A stretch of DNA of 62,164 bases, counting the filler, from Trypethelium eluteriae (Eukaryota), in NCBI GenBank assembly GCA_051942245.1. It is 4 parts of 4 records of this genome, joined end to end, with 100 filler letters (N's around TTAATTAATTAA, not from the genome) between each part and the next. Parts side by side here need not be neighbours in the genome. Positions count along the whole stretch, not along the records: positions 15,635 to 31,120 come from JAVECL010000648.1; positions 31,221 to 46,643 come from JAVECL010000649.1; 2 more parts are not named here. The stretch is one strand, 5' to 3'. The notes under the pieces are model-generated. The model was not told the origin of the DNA and did not search any database. It saw nothing but the letters and a program-made list of their open reading frames with translations. A program made the translations under genes and the position numbers. Below, in pieces: positions 22,459 through 36,497 of this stretch; the first letter of the stretch is position 1, and each line of letters begins with the position of its first letter.

Positions 22459-24250
22459 ATGGCAGACGTATCGATGCCGAACGGCATCCATATGCCTCAG
22501 ACACCTAAGAAAAGTGGCTTCGCCTTGACAGAATACACTGCCAATCCATCGCCCAAATCTGAAAGCACGAAGGACAAGCCTCATTACCGAGTCCCTGAGT
22601 CTTTCATGCTTCCCAATGGATCTCCAGATGTAGGCGACATCCTTAAATCTACAAGCCAGCAGCCTTTGACAATATTCAGTACCTGCGTCTCATCTTAACA
22701 TCACGTGTTTATGAAGTTGTGGAGGAGACTCCGTTAACTCATGCAATCAACCTGAGCAAGCGTCTGGAATGTCAGATTTTATTGAAAAGAGAAGACCTCC
22801 AGCCGGTCTTCAGCTTTAAGCTGAGAGGGGCTTACAATAAAATGGCGCATCTCAGTCACAAGGAACGATGGAAAGGGGTTATTGCATGCTCTGCAGGTAA
22901 AATTATCTGACATTCAATGGATATAAACCATCAAGCTAAGTTGATGCAGGCAATCATGCCCAAGGTGTGGCATATTCTGCACGTAAACTGAAAATTCCGG
23001 CAACCATTGTCATGCCGCAAGGTACACCGGACATCAAGCATCGGAACGTTTCTCGACTTGGCGGGGCGGTCGTCCTCCACGGTGCGGACTTTGACTCTGC
23101 AAAGGACGAGTCTCATCGACTGCAAGCTCAGCATGGACTTACAATGATCCCTCCGTTTGATGATCCATATATTATTGCCGGCCAGGGGACTATTGGCATG
23201 GAGCTACTTCGACAGACCAACTTACAAGATCTCGAGGCCGTCTTTTGCTGTGTCGGTGGAGGTGGCTTGATAGCCGGGACCGGTGTCTACATTAAGCGTA
23301 TAGCACCTCATGTGAAGATCATTGGCGTTGAAACGTACGACGCCAATGCATTGGTCCAGTCACTTCAAAAAGGTAGTCGCGTCGTACTCACTGACGTTGG
23401 GTTATTCGCCGACGGTGCGGCCGTCAAGACTGTTGGCGAAGAAACATTTCGACTCTGCCAGGAGGTTGTAGATAATGTTATACAAGTCACCACAGACGAG
23501 ATATGCGCAGCTATCAAAGACGTCTTCGAGGACACTCGGTCCATCGTGGAGCCTGCCGGGGCCCTGTCATTGGCTGGCTTAAAGAAATATGTTGAGAAGA
23601 ATCCGTCCTCAAATATCAAGCGCGGTCTGGTGGCTGTTTCATCCGGAGCAAACATGAACTTCGATAGGCTGCGATTTGTAGCCGAACGTGCTGCTATTGG
23701 TGAGAAGAAGGAGGCTCTGCTCAGTGTTACCATACCAGAAAAGCCTGGCTCGTTTGCAAATCTTGTCAAAGCACTAAACCCCATGGCTGTCACGGAGTTC
23801 AGCTATCGCTATGCTGGACCTAAAGCGGCTAATGTGCTGGTGGGTGTTTCCCTCCAGGCAGCAACACGCGATCAGGATCTAGGAGATCTCTTCGAACGTC
23901 TTCGAGAGGAGGACATGACTGCTAATGACCTCAGCGACAATGAGTTGGCGAAGTCGCACATTCGCTACGTAGTCGGCGGACGTAGTACGTGCGTTGACGA
24001 GCGAGTGTACGCGTTCGAATTTCCTGAGCGCCAAGGGGCGCTATACAAGTTCCTCACGACGCTCCAGCCAGGCTTCAATATTAGCCTTTTCCATTACCGA
24101 AATCACGGTGGAGACATTGCGAAGATATTGGCTGGAATTCAATGCCCAGCAGGCGAGGAGAAAGGGCTGGAAACTTTCCTGAAGGAGATTGGATATCCTT
24201 GGAAGGAGGAGACGAATAATCCATGCTTCAATATGTTTATGCGGAGTTGA
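22459..24250 (+). CDS. ILV1: Threonine dehydratase (biosynthetic)
   Basis: [18 protein letters not shown] (PLP lysine), [36 protein letters not shown] and C-terminal regulatory repeats. Two introns. Confidence 0.96.
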
Positions 24251-24668
24251 GTGACTTCCATGACTGACGGTTCTCCGTATGGGCCGATTTCTTTTTGCGC
24301 AAGATAGAAATTAGATCTAATTCAATTCACGAGAAGTATAAATCGCGTACGTCCAATTTGGATAAGTACTCACCAATGAATTCACTGAAGCGAGATTGGG
24401 TCAAGTCTCACACTTCAGTTGGTCATGGGGCGCGGCACGTTATTCCGTCATGGCGTAGAGGGTTTCATCCTGTCAATTTCTACGCCGCCGTACCGACCCA
24501 CGCAAACCCCAAACACCAAAGTAACCCTCCTCACGAACCTTGCGCGCGCACGGTCTGAATGTGGTCCACCGATGCGCAGTCTTTCAATCGTTTAACTGCC
24601 GCTTCCTCTCATGCTTGCACTCCAGCTTTTGCCCACGTTCTCTCAAATCCCCCTTTCCTTACTACACC

Positions 24669-26285
24669 ATGCCTAGCGCTTCAGATATTGTGTACTACCT
24701 TTTCCACGCCCAGGAACTACGATCGATAATACAATGGTAGGATCTGAGACTCTTGTCTGCCTACAAAAGCTAAAGCGATTATCAGGAAAGTCTGGCATAA
24801 TCCAGTTCATGAGAGAGATCCCTCTAAGGAATCGCCTACCTTGCAACAATGTTTCGTATTTCTCGACCTGACGAGCCGAAGCTTTAGCTCAGTCATTCAG
24901 GAACTTCATCCAGAGCTTCTAGTACCGGTCTGTATTTTTTACTTGATTCTCCGTGGACTAGACACAATCGAGGATGACATGACCATCAAATTGGAGAAGA
25001 AGGAGCCTCTACTGCGAGATTTTCACAATTTTTTGGAGAAGGATGGCTGGTCATTCGATGGCAATGGTCCAGATGAGAAGGACCGCCAATTACTGGTCGA
25101 CTTTGATTGTGTGGTACAGGAGTTCAAGAAGATTAAAGAATCGTACAAGGTCATTCTCAAGGATATCACGGTGAAAATGGGCAATGGCATGGCCGATTAT
25201 GCCAAAAGTGCCGAGAAAAGTGTAGATGTGGTCAATACGATAGCAGACTATGAGAAGTACTGTCACTACGTTGCGGGCGTGGTCGGTGAAGGCCTGACTC
25301 GATTGTTTGTGGAGAGTGGTTTGGCAAACGCTGGACTCTTGGAGCGGCCGGACCTTTCAGAAGCTATGGGTCAATTCCTCCAACAAACGAACGTCATTCG
25401 AGATATTCGGGAAGACTTTGATGAGAAGAGGAAGTTCTACCCCAAAGAGGTATGGTCCAAGCACGTCAACAAGTTCGAGGATCTCTTCAAGCCCGAGAAC
25501 AAGGAAGCCGCACTCAACTGCAGTTCAGAGATGGTGCTCTTGGCGTTGCGAAAAGCCCCTGACTGTCTCTTCTATCTGGCCGGTATCCGTGACCAAAGTG
25601 TCTTCAACTTTGCCGCAATCCCTCAGACCATGGCTATCGCAACGCTCGACCTGGTCTTCCGAAATCCGGATTTGTTTAAAAGAAACATCAAGATCACACG
25701 GGGCCATGCCTGTCAAATAATGACTGAATCAACACAGAACCTGCAAATGGTGTGCGAGATTTTTAGAAGATATGCTCGACGGATTCACAAGAAGAATACA
25801 CCCAGAGATCCAAACTTTCTGGAAATCAGTATCGCTTGTGGCAAGGTATCTACAACCAAGTGAGTATGATAAGTGACAATATACTCACAGGAGACAGATC
25901 GAGAAGTTCATCGAAAGCATCTTCCCGTCCCAACATCCTAAGGCCATTGTGGTTGGATCCGCAGCGGCAGGCAAGAGCCCCGAACAGGTCGAGAAAGAAA
26001 AGGCGGAGTGGCAAGAAGCAAAATGGGACGTCATCTACATGGGCCTTGCTGTCTTCACCACCCTTGCACTCATCTCAGCACTCATGGTAGGCGAAACTAT
26101 TCATTGCAGTCTCTCACTTCGAGCATTCACTGATACGTTTCAAGCTGGGCATTGCTTTCATGATGGGGGCACGCTTCGACATCGCCCTCGATCAGCTCAA
26201 GCAGGGCAAGTTCAAGCCGCCGGCGGCAGATTCGGGAGAGAGGCAAAACATCCTCAGTTCGTATGGACAGCACGAGGAATTGTAA
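24669..26285 (+). CDS. ERG9: Squalene synthase
   Basis: [59 protein letters not shown], a C-terminal TM helix and a terminal HEEL. Four exons. Confidence 0.96.
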
Positions 26286-26459
26286 TCATGTACAAGTATC
26301 ATCTGCATATGTTTCTTTCTTCATCATTTCTTGATGTAGACAATATTTCTTTGCTGTTCATATATACATGTGTTAATTATTGTAGAAGTAGTACCTACAT
26401 AATATTTTCTTTGGCCCGTCTTTGCCCTATCCTTCGTCTGAATTGACTTGTACTTCTGT

Positions 26460-26481
26460 GAGAGAGAGAGAGAGAGAGAGA
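26460..26481. repeat. (GA)n microsatellite
   Basis: About 11 GA units. Confidence 0.9.
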
Positions 26482-27227
26482 TCAGTGGAGGACAGCACTT
26501 ATGTCAAATTGCAACTCGGTCGACTCAGTGACTCCTGTTGTGCCGAAAGGGTGCTAAAATTGAAGTTTACATTTGCTCAAGGACAGAGACCGCAGTTGTT
26601 CTGGTTAATGTTTTTATCTTGATCAGATGCTCTGTGGTAATGTATACATCTCAAAATCTGACTGGCCTCTACTAGTGTTCAAAGTCTGTGATGCTGACTT
26701 AGTGAATTGCTAGCGGGAAGTCGACAAGGACTTAAGTAGAATAGCAAGTAGATTGTGATTCATTGCAGATAGTACCCATAGTTGCCATGGTGTTCCACGG
26801 TTATTCAGTTAGATCTTGCCACATCGCCTCAATTTGACAAGTCAGACATGTACAAAAGCTTAGATACTGACATAGATATGTATATATGTCTCTAATATAT
26901 AAAGCGCCTCAGTTAATGCATGGCGAGTTCCGTTTCGGTATGTACCGTGTGGTGCGGCAAGTGCGGCGCTGGATGCGGCTTGTCGCCGCCCAAGAAGTGT
27001 GAGGACAAACTCGTCAGTGACCACCAACTCACCCGCCAATCTCACAATCCACCATCCTTCCCTGGGAATCAGCCTGGCGCACTTTTCCCTCCATTTGTGT
27101 TATCTCCGCCCTTGCACCTCACTTCGCCGCTGTTCTCACTTTGTTCTCACTTTGTTTAGACCGCACTGAACCCACGGATCACATCATCGCTAAGCTCCCT
27201 CTTGGATCTGAAGCCATCACCTATAAG

Positions 27228-28115
27228 ATGGCCACTCTTCAAATGCCAAAGTCGCCTGTCCCCCTCGATACTATTCCCATCTCTCCTGACGGAGGCAGCG
27301 GTACTACCGAAATGAACGGCGAACCCGAAAAAATGCCTAACGAGCAGATTGTCACTGTGTTCGACGACCCTGAGCACTTCAATGTCAAGCATCCCTTGGC
27401 GAACAACTGGACCTTGTGGTTCACCAAACCTCCGAGTGGCAAGGTATGATGTGCCTAGACCTTATTCCGATTTGCGATACAGGAACTTACATTTGCGACA
27501 GGGTGACAACTGGAACGAGCTACTTAAGGAAGTGATCAGCTTTGACTCCGTGGAAGACTTTTGGGGTATTTATGTAGGTTTCTAACCTGATCCGCTACCT
27601 GCTCAATATCTGACTCAAGATTACAGAACAACATTACCTCCACTTCCCAACTTGCTCTGAAGTCAGATTACCATCTCTTCAAGACCGGTGTTCGACCAGA
27701 ATGGGAGGATCCCCAGAACAAGCACGGCGGGAAATGGGCCTACCAATTCAAAGAGAAGAAAGCCGTCGACATCGACCATGCCTGGCTGGACGTCATGCTC
27801 GGCGCCATCGGCGAGACCCTTGAAGACGAGGATGACGGGGAAGTCATGGGCGTCGTTGTCAACGTTCGCAAGGGCTTCTACCGCATTGGTCTCTGGACCC
27901 GCACCGTTGGCAAACCCATCCCAGGTGGCGGAGAGGGCAGTCATGCTGGAGGAAAGGGTCGTAGCACTGAGGAGGGCAAGGCTATCCTGATGAAGATCGG
28001 CAAGAACTTCAAGAAGACGCTCCAGCTGAAGGATAGCGAGCAGGTCGAGTTCTCTGGCCATACGGATAGTGCGCACGCTGGCAGTACCCGCGCGAAGGCC
28101 AAGTTCGTTGCCTAG
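27228..28115 (+). CDS. CDC33: Translation initiation factor eIF4E
   Basis: VKHPLANNWTLW, FDSVEDFWGIY, DYHLFKTGVRPEWED, GGKW, GVVVNVRKGFYRIGLW. Two introns. Confidence 0.94.
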
Positions 28116-28713
28116 AGATTGGATTCGGACGTATTCATTTACTAGGTTGCTCATGTTCACTACAAATGGGTCAAGCTAATCAGGGACTGGTTTATGCGGG
28201 CGCGGGATAATACTACAACGAGATACCAACTGGGTTTTTATGATGGCAGATCTAGGGGAGTGGAGGTGAAGCATGTGGCCCTCTACGAGACTGCTGATTG
28301 CTTATCACATTGCATGCATGCATTGCTGGGCGTTGATTTATGATTGTATTATAAAGAATATCTCAAAGACACAAGCGAGGACTTCTACCTCAACTGAATC
28401 AACATAGAATTTTCATGCATTGAAACTTCTCTGACCAATGCAAGATCATACTGAGGGGATGCCGGTGGCTGTAAATGGTGACGCGACCGGGATGAGATCG
28501 AAGTGTTCAGGCATTCCATTGTTCGAGCCACAAACCCTGTGAGATGTGACGTCGGTTCATCCGAGTCACGATTCCCTGCGCGTCTTGCCTACCACGTGTC
28601 TATCCAGATCTGGCGCGCATAATCCAAGAAAACTCAACTTTATAAATTCTCCGTCACGAAATTTCGTCTCTCACCTAGAGCCTAGAAAATTTCCTTTCCT
28701 ATCTTCCGCCACG

Positions 28714-30531
28714 ATGGTCGTGGATACTACGTACTACGATGCCCTCGAAGTGCAGCCTACCGCGTCAGAACTCGATATCAAGAAGGCCTACAGGAAGCTT
28801 GCTATTAAGCTCCACCCAGGTATTCAAAACTCTCTCAAGTTCAAGGGATTGAGCCTCATGCTTGCTCACAGACAAGAATCCTGGCGATGCCACTGCACAC
28901 GAAAAATTCCAAGCGGTATGCTTTCCCACCGTTGCTCTACTATGATTTGCCCTCAAGCTTATGATCATGCGAACGTAGATCGGAGAAGCATATCAAGTGT
29001 TGAGTGATAAGCAACTACGAGCCCAGTATGACAAGTTTGGCAAAGAACAGGCTATGCCCAGCAGTGGTTTTGGTAATTCTCGAATCCATTCTAGCCTGTA
29101 AACATGGCTGTTGACGACTATCTAGAGGACCCATCGGAATTCTTCTCGATGATCTTTGGGGGTGATGCGTTTGTCGAATGGTAACATACCTTAATCACCT
29201 CAAAGACATGCAAGTTCGTTTCTAACGCAACACAGGATCGGCGAGATCTCTCTAATGAAAGACCTTACCAAGACCATGGACATTACGATGAAAGAAATGG
29301 AAGAAGAGGAGCAAACCGCCGCCGAAGCCAGTGCCGGCGCAGAGACCACTGGTGCAAAGACAACCGCTGAGTCCACGACTGTTCCCAAGTCTGAAGACAG
29401 CACTCCTAAGGCCCCGACTCCCTCCGTCTCCATCAACGATGCCTCCCTCAAACCCGACAACCTCTCTACCGCCGACACTGCTGTGAACCCCTCCATCCGA
29501 TCCAAATCGCCCTCTCCCTCCGGCACCTCGACCCCGCGTTCCCGCAGCCAGATCCCCACGCGGCCCGCCCTCATGGACAAATCAGAAGAAGACGCGCGAC
29601 TCGACGCAGCGGGCGTGACCGAGCACGAAAAGGAGCTGCGGGCGAAGGAAAAGAAGAAGGGCGGACTGACGAAAGAGCAGCGGGAGGAGCTCGCGGCCTA
29701 CGAGATGGAGCGCAAGAAGATACGCGACGAGCGGGTGGACACGCTGAGCAAGAAGCTGATCGACCGGCTCTCGACGTGGACGGAGACAGACAAAGGCCGC
29801 GACGTGACCGCCGCCTTCGAGGAGCAGACGCGGCTGGTGGTGGAGAACCTCAAGATGGAGAGCTTCGGGCTGGAGATCCTGCACGCCATCGGCACGACGT
29901 ACCTGCAGAAGGCGACCGCCTTCCTTAAAAGCCAGAAGTTTCTTGGTATCGGCGGCTTCTGGAGTCGGATCAAGGATAAGGGCACGCTGGCGAAGGAGAC
30001 GTGGGGCACGATCAGTACGGCGATTGATGCGCAGATGACGATGGAGGAGATGGCGAAGATGGAGGAGAAGGGTGGGGAGGAGTGGACGGATGAGAAGAAG
30101 GCCGAGTATGAGAAGCGGGTGACGGGGAAGATTCTCGCTGCCGCGTGGAGGGGGAGCAAGTTTGAGATTCAAGGGGTGTTGAGGGATGTGTGTGATCGGG
30201 TCTTGGGAGACAAGAAGGTGTCGATGGAGAAGCGGATGGAAAGAGCGCACGGGTTGGTGATAGTCGGAAAGATGTTTCAGGAGGTAGGTTGAAAAAAACC
30301 TGTCTGAAGAAGGGCGAAGCTAATCGGTTGATTTTGCAGGCGAGACGAGACCCCGAAGAAGAAGGCGATTACATGGCCTTCGAACAGCTCATGGCCGACG
30401 CCGCCATCAAGAAAGAAAAGTCTGACAAGAAACCTCGGAAGAACAGGAAAGAAGACTCGTCGCATTCACACCAGCACGGTAACCACCAGCACTCCCAAGG
30501 CGAGAAGACACCAGAAGGAACGAAGTCATAA
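28714..30531 (+). CDS. DJP1: DnaJ protein with DnaJ-X domain (Djp1/Caj1-like)
   Basis: [13 protein letters not shown]...[18 protein letters not shown]-domain split by introns; [15 protein letters not shown] and [20 protein letters not shown]. Confidence 0.88.
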
Positions 30532-31120
30532 CCTCCAGCGCTCTCTTTCTTTCAAAATAAATTGATCCGGGAGAGACTGTAGAGGTGGTCTTGTAGAGCG
30601 CGAAATTGCTACTCCGCTTCGTCCAGTCTCTGGTCTTTTCTGCTATTGTGTTTTTGACTGACAAGCGTTTAGAATGGCTGGTATGGATGATATGGATGAG
30701 ATGGTGGCAAGATTGGACTAAGAAGCAGCCTATCTTCATTGATCAGAACTCTACTCGACAAATCAGCGCATTTCAGGTCTGAATTACGCTATTCGTCCAC
30801 TTTAGGCTCACGTCCTCTCAAGCGAAAGGGCATCTACCACATGTATATACCGGAGGGCAATGATAGATCAGGCCAGTCGGGTTCTTACAAGGCTCACTTC
30901 AGAGGGTTCCGGTCAGATATTCAACTCTAATTATTAAAACTGCCCTCTCTTGAACTCAATAATGTGTTCCTATAACTCGACCGTCCTCAATACCAAAACT
31001 GGGCACCTCGGCATTGCCAGCCGCACGTATCCACGATGTTGTCTGCTTTGCCGGCTGTCTCCTCTTCAAGCCCCTCTCAACTAAACCTGTGCCCCAAGAG
31101 ACAATCCTTCCATCTCACAC

Positions 31121-31220
31121 NNNNNNNNNNNNNNNNNNNNNNNNNNNNNNNNNNNNNNNNNNNNTTAATTAATTAANNNNNNNNNNNNNNNNNNNNNNNN
31201 NNNNNNNNNNNNNNNNNNNN
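31121..31220. other. Artificial contig linker (N44-TTAATTAATTAA-N44)
   Basis: Same layout as 15535-15634. Confidence 0.97.
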
Positions 31221-31724
31221 CTATTAATCCATGGAACCTTTTGTAGGACCGAACGAAGAAAGGTTAAAGTAAGAAGGTCAGGGTGGGAATTGAGGTTGTG
31301 CTTTTCATGCTTCTCACGTAACTACCTAGCTGAATGAGTGAGGTAGACATTCGTACAATACAGGACCCCACACATGCACATGCGCCCTTCCTCTCCTTGG
31401 AACTAGCAATGAATCAGACTCAAAGGTCATCTGCGTCACTATAACACCCGAGCTAGTTATTCACCGTCTGAGATTCCTGCGCCCAATAACCCAAAATGGA
31501 CGCCGTAACCTCTTTTATGGTATTCCCAAATGAGCCTTGGAGCGATCGAAGAAAAGAACGAAGCCCATCCATTTGCCTTAAGCCTAATCTGCAACGCCAG
31601 CTCAATACCGTTCTTTGGCACGCTTTACGAAGAACTTGATTTCCGCTATCAATGCTCCTCCTGATCGCCACCTTTAGGAATGTTGTGGTGATAGGACTAT
31701 CGCGTCTGCAAATGCTGACTGGAA

Positions 31725-33211
31725 TCAGGACCTTCTCCCCGCACTCCGCGCTTTTGGCTTAACAGGCTCTGCAGTAGCTTTGTTCTTGCTGCTCGCTGTT
31801 GGGGCAGCATAGGAAGCGACTCTCTTCGCGGGTGGTGGCTGATCCACAGGCTCATCGTCCAGATCCTCTGGCCCCCGCTGTTGCGGCGCCTCAGCTTTCC
31901 GCTTTCGCGATTTGGTGGCACTGGGTTTTGGAGTAGATGTGCCACCTCGAATGGCAGGGACGACTGGATTGGGAAATTGAGGAACAGTTTGAGGTTCTGC
32001 AGATTGAGCAGGCCATGACCGAGTCCCACTGCCACTCGATGATTGCGTGGAGGCAGGTGTTGGAGGCCGTCGTGTGGATGTCAGTGTCGGTGGAGATGAA
32101 GCGACGGTGGTCGTTTTCGTATCGGTCACATGATCCTTTTCAGACTGCCAGTCAACCTCTCCATTTACCTCTCCGTCTTCTTCACCCTCCCCATCTTCCT
32201 CTAGATTAACGCCTTGTTGGCCCAACCATTGTGATATCCCTTCCGCCTCAGGACCTTCTGTTGCCCTTCCCAGCAGATTGTTTGCAAGCTCTCCCGCAAT
32301 GTCATCTGAGTCGCCTTCGCCAGAGAGCATACGCATCGCATATTGAAGTAGAGTGTTCTGGTCCATGCCCGATGCCGCCAGCTTATCGCCCAAGGCTTTC
32401 TTCAAGTTTTCTTGTAGTGCCCCTTCATCAATGTCTGCGTCTTCATTCTCACTATCAACATCATTGCCACCGTAAGCCTCTTGGTCAACGTCCTCTTCCG
32501 CGTCTTCATCTTCTCCATGATCCGGCACCTGCAGCTCTGTTACAACCGCACTTCTTCCAGCGCTAGGCTTAAATTTTCCAATTCGATCTCTCCAGTCTGC
32601 GAGGAGCGCGAATGGTTTACTCGTTGCAATTTCCTTGCTCTCACGCGAGTAGCCAACAATGCCTGGCCTCTCGTTCCACGGAACCCATACAACGGTCGGT
32701 GGTAGCTCTTCTTCAAGGGCCTCCTGATGCGCCATTCGGGCCTTTTTAGGGGTATGCTGCGAGTGGGGGACTGCGGTGGCAGCCTTTCTTTTCTGGCCTG
32801 TCTTAGTACTCGGTGCGTTCGAGGCATCGTTTTTCTTCTGCTGTAGGCGACTCGGCGTCGCCATTTTGCCGTTCTCCGCGACATCATCGAAGTAGCCATC
32901 AGAGGTGTATTCGATGTCGTTGAAGTAATCATATGGATCATAGTCGTGCTGCTCTACTTCATACTCGAAGAAAGTGTAGGGTGGTGAGGCTATGGCGTGC
33001 TCCGCGAGATCATCCTGCAAGATCCTCCGTGTTAATAGAGTTTGTGTATGGAGGAGTATGTGGGAGCGGGCGATTTTCCAAAGGAGCACGTGGTACTAAG
33101 TGTATTTAGAGGCTTGTAGAGACTTACTGCGGCTCCAAACTCGTCCTCGACATAGATGTATTCATAGTCGAGGTCATAATCATCATAGTCATCTTCACCA
33201 TAGTCGGACAT
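31725..33211 (-). CDS. Fungal hypothetical protein, acidic and low-complexity, with basic NLS-like clusters
   Basis: Exon 1 (33211-33128) MSDYGEDDYDDYDLDYEYIYVEDEFGAA splices (gtaagt..cag) to DDLAEHAIASPP at 33014. It contains KRKA/RKRKA motifs and PFALLADWRDR. Confidence 0.75.
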
Positions 33212-34140
33212 GATCCTCTTGTAGACTCTGAGAGCGCGAGGGTAGGACTGGGACTGGGTTACGGCAGCGGTCTCTTTAGAATTCAGATGCAGGTAGACAT
33301 GACATGGGTAGTCAGCAAAATCCCAATTATGCTATGTCCCTGGATCGAATGACGTCGGGCGGTCAAGGAGTTCCGGTGGAAGCGGAGATCGATGCAGGTC
33401 AGAAGCTGAAGTGGATGGTGGAATGGCGGGCGGCGCAGTTGTGGAGAAAGAGCTTATGCGAAGAAGGTACCACCGCTTTTATTTTTGTCGGTACTAAGCA
33501 AGACGGCTTGTTTGGTGTGAGATGTTTGTGTGGAGTAGGAAAGAGTGCAGCAACAGGAGGCGTGATTGTTGTATCGGATTCGTATGCAGGCGAAGGTGCG
33601 AAGGCATCCCTCTCACGACATATTCTCACTGTTCATGAGTCAGGCAAGCAGAAACCGGGTGCATCGCGCTTCACGAAAGGCCTTTTGCGGTAGTAGCAGG
33701 CACCGATCCGTCCGCCGATTCCAGATGCCTTTACACACGTTCCAACTTCTTTCATGGTGTTGCAGCCAATCGCATAGCGTGTCGGCCTTAGAGTGTCGCC
33801 AAGCTTCAGTGATCATCGTTCCTAATGATTATGTATGACACCACACTTTTACATTCTCGAAAGCATCTGGATCAGCTCTTCCACTCTTCACTGGAAACAA
33901 GCATCGATTCAAACTGTCCCAAAAAGCAAAGAGAGGTACAAGGTCTATTGAAGCAAGCCTCACCAAGGGTCGGCGCCGTTGTTGACCAGGGTCAGCATCC
34001 CCGCGTGTCGCTTATTGTCGGCTTTAGCATGTCTTAAAATGCATTTCCATCATCTGTGAAATCTTCTGAACGCACCTGCGCGTCCAATGGATTTCCTGTG
34101 ACACTACAAAGGCTCTCGAGCCATACTTCGAGTTATCAAT

Positions 34141-36381
34141 ATGTCCACAATGCTTCCTTTGCGAGTTCAGCGGTCCAATGGGCCCGCCATCCTCCTAAAT
34201 GCAGTCTTTCGCAATAAACGATGGCAGTATACCGCCGCAACTAAACCCTCAGAAACTAGACCTCTTCGCTCCATCCTTATAGCTAACCGCGGCGAGATTG
34301 CCCTCCGAGTGAATCGCACCGCATCTGAGTATGGGATACGCACCACGACCCTATACACCAACCCCGATGCTCGCTCTCAACATGCCTTATCCTCTCCCTT
34401 CGCAGTCAATCTCGGATTGCCTACAGCTTACCTGAATGGCGATCGTATCATTGAGGTAGCAAAGAAACAAGGTTGTGATGGTATACATCCGGGCTATGGA
34501 TTCTTGAGCGAGAATTCCGCGTTTGCAGAAAAATGCAAGTTAGCCGGGCTGGTGTTTATCGGACCACCGGCCGACGCGATTGAGGCGATGGGAAACAAAA
34601 GTCGGTCGAAGGAGATCATGACCAATGCTGGCGTACCATGTATACCAGGCTATCATGGTACAAACCAGTCTCCGGAATATCTGGCGTCTGAAGCCTCAAG
34701 GATCGGGTTCCCCGTGCTCCTCAAAGCCGTCAAGGGAGGTGGTGGCAAGGGCATGCGGATTGCACGAACGCCGGAGGAGTTTCTACCACAGCTAGAGAGC
34801 GCAAAGAGCGAAGCAAGGAATTCGTTTGGTGACGATGCCATGCTAGTAGAAAAATATATCACCACTCCTCGCCACGTTGAAGTCCAGATCTTTGCCGACA
34901 AGCACGGGAACTGCGTCGCCCTAGGCGAACGAGACTGCAGCGTGCAGCGGCGCCACCAAAAAATCCTCGAGGAATCTCCCGCCCCCAATCTCGACGAAGA
35001 AACTCGTCAAGATCTCTGGGACAAAGCCCGAAAAGCCGCCCTCGCCGTCGGCTACGAAGGCGCCGGCACCGTCGAGTTCATCTTCGACACCACCACCGGC
35101 GCCTTCTTCTTCATGGAAATGAACACGCGCCTACAAGTCGAGCACCCCGTCACCGAGCTCGTCACGGGCGAAGACCTCGTCCACTGGCAGCTCCTCGTCG
35201 CCCAAGGCGCTCCCCTACCGCTCACTCAATCCGCGATCCGCGAGCGCATCCCCCAGCACGGCCACGCCATCGAGGCACGCATCTACGCCGAGAACCCCGC
35301 CATGGGCTTCCTTCCCTCGACAGGCCGGCTCACTCACCTCCGCACCCCGACCCCGTCCCCGACTCTCCGCATTGATGCGGGCTTTGCCCAGGGCGACGAG
35401 GTGTCGTCCTACTACGACCCCATGATCGCGAAGCTCATCGTGCGTGGGCCCGATCGCCATGCGGCGCTGCAGAAGCTGCATGTGGCGCTCGGGGAGTACG
35501 AGATCGCGGGGCCAACTACCAATATCGAGTTCTTGAAGCGGTTGTGTGTGAGCCCTGCGTTTGTTGCGGGCGAGGTAGAGACGGGCTATATCGAGAAGTA
35601 TCGGGACGAGCTGTTTGCGGCGGAGAAGACGCCGCCGGAGGTGTGGGCTCAGGCGGCGCTGGGAGTGCTTTTGCAGGAAGCGCAGAGCCGGCAGGTGCTA
35701 GGGCGAGGGTTCGGCGAGGCGGGGAGCAAGATCGGATTTGGTGCGGATTATCAGGCTCGTGAGGTCCATCTTGTGGAAGTTGCTGCTGATGGGAAGCCTG
35801 AGAATAATGTCGCGATGACGGTGAAAGCGCGACAGGTTGGTCCCGGGAGATTTGCGCTGGAGGTGGATGGAAGGGAGTTCGTCCCCGTTTTGGCGGAGCT
35901 TGGTGCGAATGGGAAGAGCCTCAGGAGTTTCTTTCCGCACACGAGGCTGGGTGCAACGTTTGTACGGGAAGACGAGCAAATTACGCTGTTTCAGCAAGGA
36001 AGACAGTATCGACTGCAGCTTGGCCTTCCAAACTGGGCAGAGGAGGCGTTGGGAATGAAGACTGTGTTGAATAGCGTGTTGGCGCCTATGCCCTGTAAAG
36101 TGTTACGAGTAGAGGTCAAAGAGGGAGAAATCGTGAAAAAGGATCAGGCTCTGGTGGTGATCGAGAGTATGAAAATGGAGACGGTGATTCGAAGTCCGCA
36201 GGATGGAATTGTGCAAAAGGTTGTGCATGGAGCTGGGGTGAGTTGATGAACTGTCTATTTCTGCTTGACTGCTTTCTGTTCTGCCGTGCAGGCCTATGGA
36301 TGAACATGCTAATGTTTTTCACAGGATATGTGCAAAGCAGGTACCGCGCTTGTTGAGTTCATTGACGAAGATTCAAAATAA
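34141..36381 (+). CDS. mccA: 3-methylcrotonyl-CoA carboxylase alpha (biotin carboxylase + biotin carrier)
   Basis: ILIANRGEIA, HPGYGFLSEN, GGGGKGMR, EMNTRLQVEHPVTE and biotinyl ESMKME. Exons 34141-36237 and 36325-36381. Confidence 0.93.
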
Positions 36382-36497
36382 AAGATTGCAGAGCATGCAA
36401 CGCAGTCCAAACGAAAATCCAAATTCCCAGGGGTATCTCTGCTGAACCAGCACCGTTAATCCACAAAAAACACCCGACAAGCAAGTCTCATCTAGAA

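Noticed and set aside
24669..26285. ERG9 as the core of a terpene secondary-metabolite cluster
   Set aside because: Its neighbours (ILV1, eIF4E, DnaJ, RCF1) are housekeeping genes with no tailoring enzymes, so this is primary sterol synthesis.
30950..31120. Possible last exon of a minus-strand gene at the contig end (LVERGLKRRQ...IGTHY*)
   Set aside because: It is too short and has no recognisable motif.
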